The notes below the pieces were generated by a model that searched no databases, was not told the DNA's origin, and saw only the letters and a list, made by a program, of their open reading frames with translations. Of a stretch of DNA of 31,968 bases, positions 28,486 through 31,968 are shown one piece after another. Positions within the stretch are counted from its first letter, which is position 1; every line of letters begins with the position of its first letter. This stretch comes from Candidatus Hodarchaeota archaeon (GTDB taxonomy: Archaea; Asgardarchaeota; Heimdallarchaeia; Hodarchaeales; Hodarchaeaceae). A program made the translations under genes and the position numbers. The stretch lies in assembly GCA_029856365.1 (NCBI GenBank), contig JAHQWW010000030.1, positions 1 through 31,968 of the forward strand, read 5' to 3'.

Positions 28486-28803
28486 ATGGAACTGAAAATA
28501 GATTTTGTAACCGAGAATACAACCCGAAAAATGAATTCTACTCAGAAATGTGATTTCATTATCTCAAAAATTAGACGAGATAGAGTTGTTGTATTTGAAG
28601 GGGGCCTCGCCCCTAATGAAGAAGCTATTTTGATTGAAGAAGCTATGAGTCAAATTGATCATGAAAATTTCTTAGGTTATAAAATTATAACTCCTGCTCC
28701 TATCCGTAGTCCTAGTTCTGGTCTATTTTCAAGACATAAAGATATTAAAATGACTATTATCGCTCCTCATGACTATGATAATCTTTCAGTGGCTCTTGTT
28801 TAG
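28486..28803 (+). CDS. oapB: DUF2073 / OapB family protein
   Basis: IDFV...KCDFII...VVVFEGGLAPNEEAILIEEAMSQIDHENFLG...MTIIAP. Located directly after oapA. Confidence 0.82.
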   Translation: MELKIDFVTENTTRKMNSTQKCDFIISKIRRDRVVVFEGGLAPNEEAILIEEAMSQIDHENFLGYKIITPAPIRSPSSGLFSRHKDIKMTIIAPHDYDNLSVALV

Positions 28804-28817
28804 GTTTGGGTAATACA

Positions 28818-29171
28818 ATGAGCTTCTCTGACAGTGAGATCAATTTAAACCGATATAAATGCGCTCAATGTGATAGAACTCCCTCGAACGCTCAAGCACT
28901 CTTTCAAGGATGTATTTGTGGTCATCGTCTATTTCGAATCGTACGACAACATGAAGGGACTTATTCCTCAATAAACAAGAGGGAGAAGACGTATCCAGTT
29001 GGAAAGAAAAAAGACATGAATTTTCTTACTGTTCATGAACTAGAAGTTGGTATTTATGATATCAATGTGGAAAAGTTGCTTGCTGATAAAACTGGTAAGA
29101 TATCTTCTTCTCCAGTCGTCGTCGGTAACGAGGGTGTTTTTTCAATACGTTTACAACATCAAAAAAAATAA
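28818..29171 (+). CDS. oapC: Zn-ribbon protein, DUF2072 / OapC family
   Basis: CAQC...GCICGHRLF and C-terminal GIYDINVEKLL...EGVFSIRL. Third gene of the operon. Confidence 0.8.
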   Translation: MSFSDSEINLNRYKCAQCDRTPSNAQALFQGCICGHRLFRIVRQHEGTYSSINKREKTYPVGKKKDMNFLTVHELEVGIYDINVEKLLADKTGKISSSPVVVGNEGVFSIRLQHQKK

Positions 29172-29199
29172 ATTTTATTCTTTAATAAAAACTCCAAGA

Positions 29200-30087
29200 T
29201 TATTTTGTCCTTCTAATGAGTTTAATTTCCCGTGAGACTTCATTGAATTCACAAACCGCTAATTCATGGAGATGTCGGATATGAGTGCGGCATATTATGG
29301 GCGGGATCCCCACTTCGGTTGACAATGTTCCCAAGGCGAGTGATTTCTTCTTGGTATTTTCGAAATAATCTACTAGAAAGAGTAAGATTCTCCCTAATTC
29401 TGATTGTTGCAAAACAACTCGTATATGTCTATCCCTCGCTAGTGTTCCTCTTGTTTCACGTTTTAAGGTCTCCGTCATCTGTCCTGCTCGTTCTTCTGTT
29501 CGTTTAATTTCTAATTTCAGCTGATCCTGGACTTCTAGGTGACTTGCTTCGATTTCTTTGATTTCCTCTTCAGTTTGGTGGATTACATCTTGCAATTTTG
29601 CGATTTGATCCAAGTATGATTCTCTTTCTGTTTGGAGACCTTCAATTGTTGTTTGAGTATTTTGTAATTTTGTTTGAAATTTTTGTTCAATTGTTGCAAG
29701 TATGTTCTTTGTTTCTTTCAGTTCCACCTCTAAGGCTATCATTTGTTCCGTTTTCTCTTGAAGAACTTTCTGAGACTCGAATTTGATAAATTCGAGCTCT
29801 TTCTCAAGATTAGAATACTCCTTACTTTTAGATTCAAAACTAGTTTTTATTGCAATTAAAGTTTGCGTTTTCTCCGATAGTTCTGCCTTAGTTGCTTCAA
29901 GAGCTTGTGTTTTTGCTTTTAAAGATGCCTTTGTTTCAGCTAACTCCCTTTCAATTACTTGAAAAGTTGCTAGTTGTGTTTCTAACTGTTCTATCCTTTG
30001 TGATGACTCTGATCGGGAGGATTCTGATGGATCCAATTGCTTCTGGTGATCTGAACCTTGATTTTGTCTAAATTCTTCATTTACCAT
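29200..30087 (-). CDS. Long coiled-coil protein with C-terminal winged-helix domain
   Basis: Heptad-rich E/K/Q/L region over residues ~28-215, then LALGTLSTEVGIPPIICRTHIRHLHELAVCEFNEVSREIKL. Confidence 0.7.
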   Translation of the reverse strand: MVNEEFRQNQGSDHQKQLDPSESSRSESSQRIEQLETQLATFQVIERELAETKASLKAKTQALEATKAELSEKTQTLIAIKTSFESKSKEYSNLEKELEFIKFESQKVLQEKTEQMIALEVELKETKNILATIEQKFQTKLQNTQTTIEGLQTERESYLDQIAKLQDVIHQTEEEIKEIEASHLEVQDQLKLEIKRTEERAGQMTETLKRETRGTLARDRHIRVVLQQSELGRILLFLVDYFENTKKKSLALGTLSTEVGIPPIICRTHIRHLHELAVCEFNEVSREIKLIRRTK

Positions 30088-30311
30088 ACATTACGCCAAC
30101 GATGGAGTTTGTACTATCTTATCATTCTAACTCTTTAAAACTGTTTTTTAACTTAAAAATATGATTTGACATCAGAAAATCTTAAAACCAGAAAAAAAGA
30201 TCCCCAATAATGAAAGTAAAGAGAAATAGAACAACATGGGGGAAGTTTTGTCACATTTCCATGAATTATCTGTTTTCTTTTATTTCTTAAATTTAGATAA
30301 AGTGAGATACT

Positions 30312-30509
30312 ATGATAACTCCAAATAAAGCACGATCTAGTGTTTACTCATTAATCGAGGAAGAAAAAATATGCCGCTTATGTAATACTTCTGCTATATG
30401 CAATAAATTTACCTGTTATAAACAAAAACAAGGAAAAGCAGATTGTAATAATTGCGATGAACGTTTATGTCAACATCATTGGCGTATTTTTTTCAGAAAT
30501 AACATATAA
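30312..30509 (+). CDS. Small Cys/His-rich putative zinc-binding protein
   Basis: 65 aa with CRLC-x5-C-x4-C-x9-CNNC-x4-CQHH. Confidence 0.5.
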   Translation: MITPNKARSSVYSLIEEEKICRLCNTSAICNKFTCYKQKQGKADCNNCDERLCQHHWRIFFRNNI

Positions 30510-30758
30510 TTATAATTTTGATATAAAGATTTGGTTTTCCAACAAAGTTTAAGGTGGAATTTATGCATATTCCATGTTCGAACAACAAACAGTAATCCTT
30601 TTTTATTGGTAACAAAGTGATCCTCCAGATTTGAGAAAAATAATTTAAGATTAATATGTTGTTACCAAAATAGAGTAGTTAAAGTAGATTATGACTCATA
30701 ATGAAGGTTTCTCCTATCGTAATAGACTACGAGAAGACTGGACGGAGTCTTAAAGAAG

Positions 30759-31916
30759 ATGGATGAATGGAGTGCGATCGTTTTAGCGGGAGGGGTGGGC
30801 TCTAGACTCCAACCTCTCACTGCTTATCGTCCTAAACCAATGGTGCCAGTAGCCAATAAACCAATGATTGATTACAATTTGGAACTTCTCAGGAACGCAG
30901 GAATTAAGGGGAAAATCGTAATCATAACAAAGTATCTGCAAAAGCAAATTCGAGATTATTTTGCTAAAACCGAGTATTTTAATGATCTGGAGATCGTTCT
31001 TCCAAAAATTGATCCCTTGGATACTGCTGATGCAGTGAGAAAAGCTTCAAATTACATAGATACAGATCAATTCATTGTTTCAATGGCAGATATTGTAACT
31101 AATCTATCTATAAGCGACTTTATGGAATTTCATTGTAAAAAGAAAGGCATGGCTAGCATTACACTGAAGGATATCCCTTACCCCCGAGCTTTTGGTGTTA
31201 TCATGCTAAATCAGGACTCAAGAATTTTACTTTTCCTAGAGAAACCCCATCCTGAAGAACTAGGATTAGCAGTTCTTACTTTTTCAAAAAAAGAAACAAT
31301 TCATCTTCAATCCAACTTGGTAAACACTGGTATTTATGCTTTTAATCGTGGAATCCTCAATATCTTGGATACGGTACATGACCTAATGGATTTTGGAAAA
31401 CATGTATTTCCCTATCTTACACGTGAATACGGGATCTTTGGGTATGTAAAGGACTATTATTGGATGGATGCAGGAAATCCACAAACCTATTTATATACAA
31501 ATTGGGATGTATTGAGACGTTGGGCTTTCCCCTATTTTCCCAAAGCAACTTGGGAAGAGAAAAGCATCTGGTGGAGTGATCAGAAGACGGAAATCGCATC
31601 AGGAGTCCAAATCGAACCACCATCAGCTATCGGATCAGCTGTTAAATTAGGTACGGGTACTGTAATTGGTCCACAGACTGTTCTTGGTAATGAGGTAATT
31701 ATAGGTGAGAACACTGTAATTCATTCTTCCGTTATTTGGGATAATGTGGAAATTGGCAATAACGTCAATGTAAAGGAAGCAATCATTTGTAATAATGTGA
31801 TTATTCCTGATAATTCAAATTTGGCTCCAGGGACAGTTATTGGGCCTAATACCAAGATTAAAGGACCTCTCAGAACTGCAAAAGACCAAATCATAAAAGA
31901 GAATTCTGTTATTTAG
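30759..31916 (+). CDS. NDP-sugar pyrophosphorylase (mannose-1-phosphate guanylyltransferase-like)
   Basis: LAGGVGSRLQPLT...PKPMVPV, FLEKP, YWMDAG, C-terminal hexapeptide left-handed beta-helix. Confidence 0.92.
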   Translation: MDEWSAIVLAGGVGSRLQPLTAYRPKPMVPVANKPMIDYNLELLRNAGIKGKIVIITKYLQKQIRDYFAKTEYFNDLEIVLPKIDPLDTADAVRKASNYIDTDQFIVSMADIVTNLSISDFMEFHCKKKGMASITLKDIPYPRAFGVIMLNQDSRILLFLEKPHPEELGLAVLTFSKKETIHLQSNLVNTGIYAFNRGILNILDTVHDLMDFGKHVFPYLTREYGIFGYVKDYYWMDAGNPQTYLYTNWDVLRRWAFPYFPKATWEEKSIWWSDQKTEIASGVQIEPPSAIGSAVKLGTGTVIGPQTVLGNEVIIGENTVIHSSVIWDNVEIGNNVNVKEAIICNNVIIPDNSNLAPGTVIGPNTKIKGPLRTAKDQIIKENSVI

Positions 31917-31968
31917 GTTGGAGACTTTAAATTACTTATAAATTAATTTTAGAGAGTTAAAATGAATG

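Noticed and set aside
30088-30758. Replication origin near oapABC
   Set aside because: AT-rich, but I found no repeated ORB/G-string elements and there is no cdc6/orc1 gene.
486-31623. Short ORFs nested in or antisense to long genes (e.g. 486-683, 1732-2025, 2620-2907, 6497-6754, 16045-16332, 23831-24097, 27677-27967, 31417-31623)
   Set aside because: They overlap well-supported CDSs and show no recognisable motifs.

Overview
AT-rich, densely coded archaeal window, most likely from an Asgard archaeon (Heimdall-/Hodarchaeia-like). This is inferred from the Rag-type GTPases, the longin/roadblock-like domains, the oapABC operon, a Bat-type HTH regulator and frequent TTG/GTG starts. The first ~11 kb is an island of eukaryote-like signature genes. 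On the + strand, three genes encode a longin/uDENN-like protein, a 1141-aa helical protein with ~123-aa internal repeats, and a divergent tubulin/FtsZ-superfamily GTPase that carries a tubulin-type C-terminal H11-H12 motif. Next come two divergently transcribed Rag/Gtr-type GTPases (one RagA-like with a roadblock domain, one with a novel duplicated C-terminal domain), a longin + gelsolin-like + winged-helix protein, and a ubiquitin-like protein with an internal GG. The rest is mostly housekeeping and transport: BtpA, GNAT, radical SAM, two MFS, two EamA, MscS, ZIP, a heterodimeric ABC exporter, oapABC, a coiled-coil/wHTH protein and an NDP-sugar pyrophosphorylase. Two gene remnants missed by the ORF track are present: an internally deleted zupT and a metallophosphoesterase stub. 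I saw no RNA genes, CRISPR arrays or mobile elements. All domain calls are by-eye motif recognition; no searches were run.
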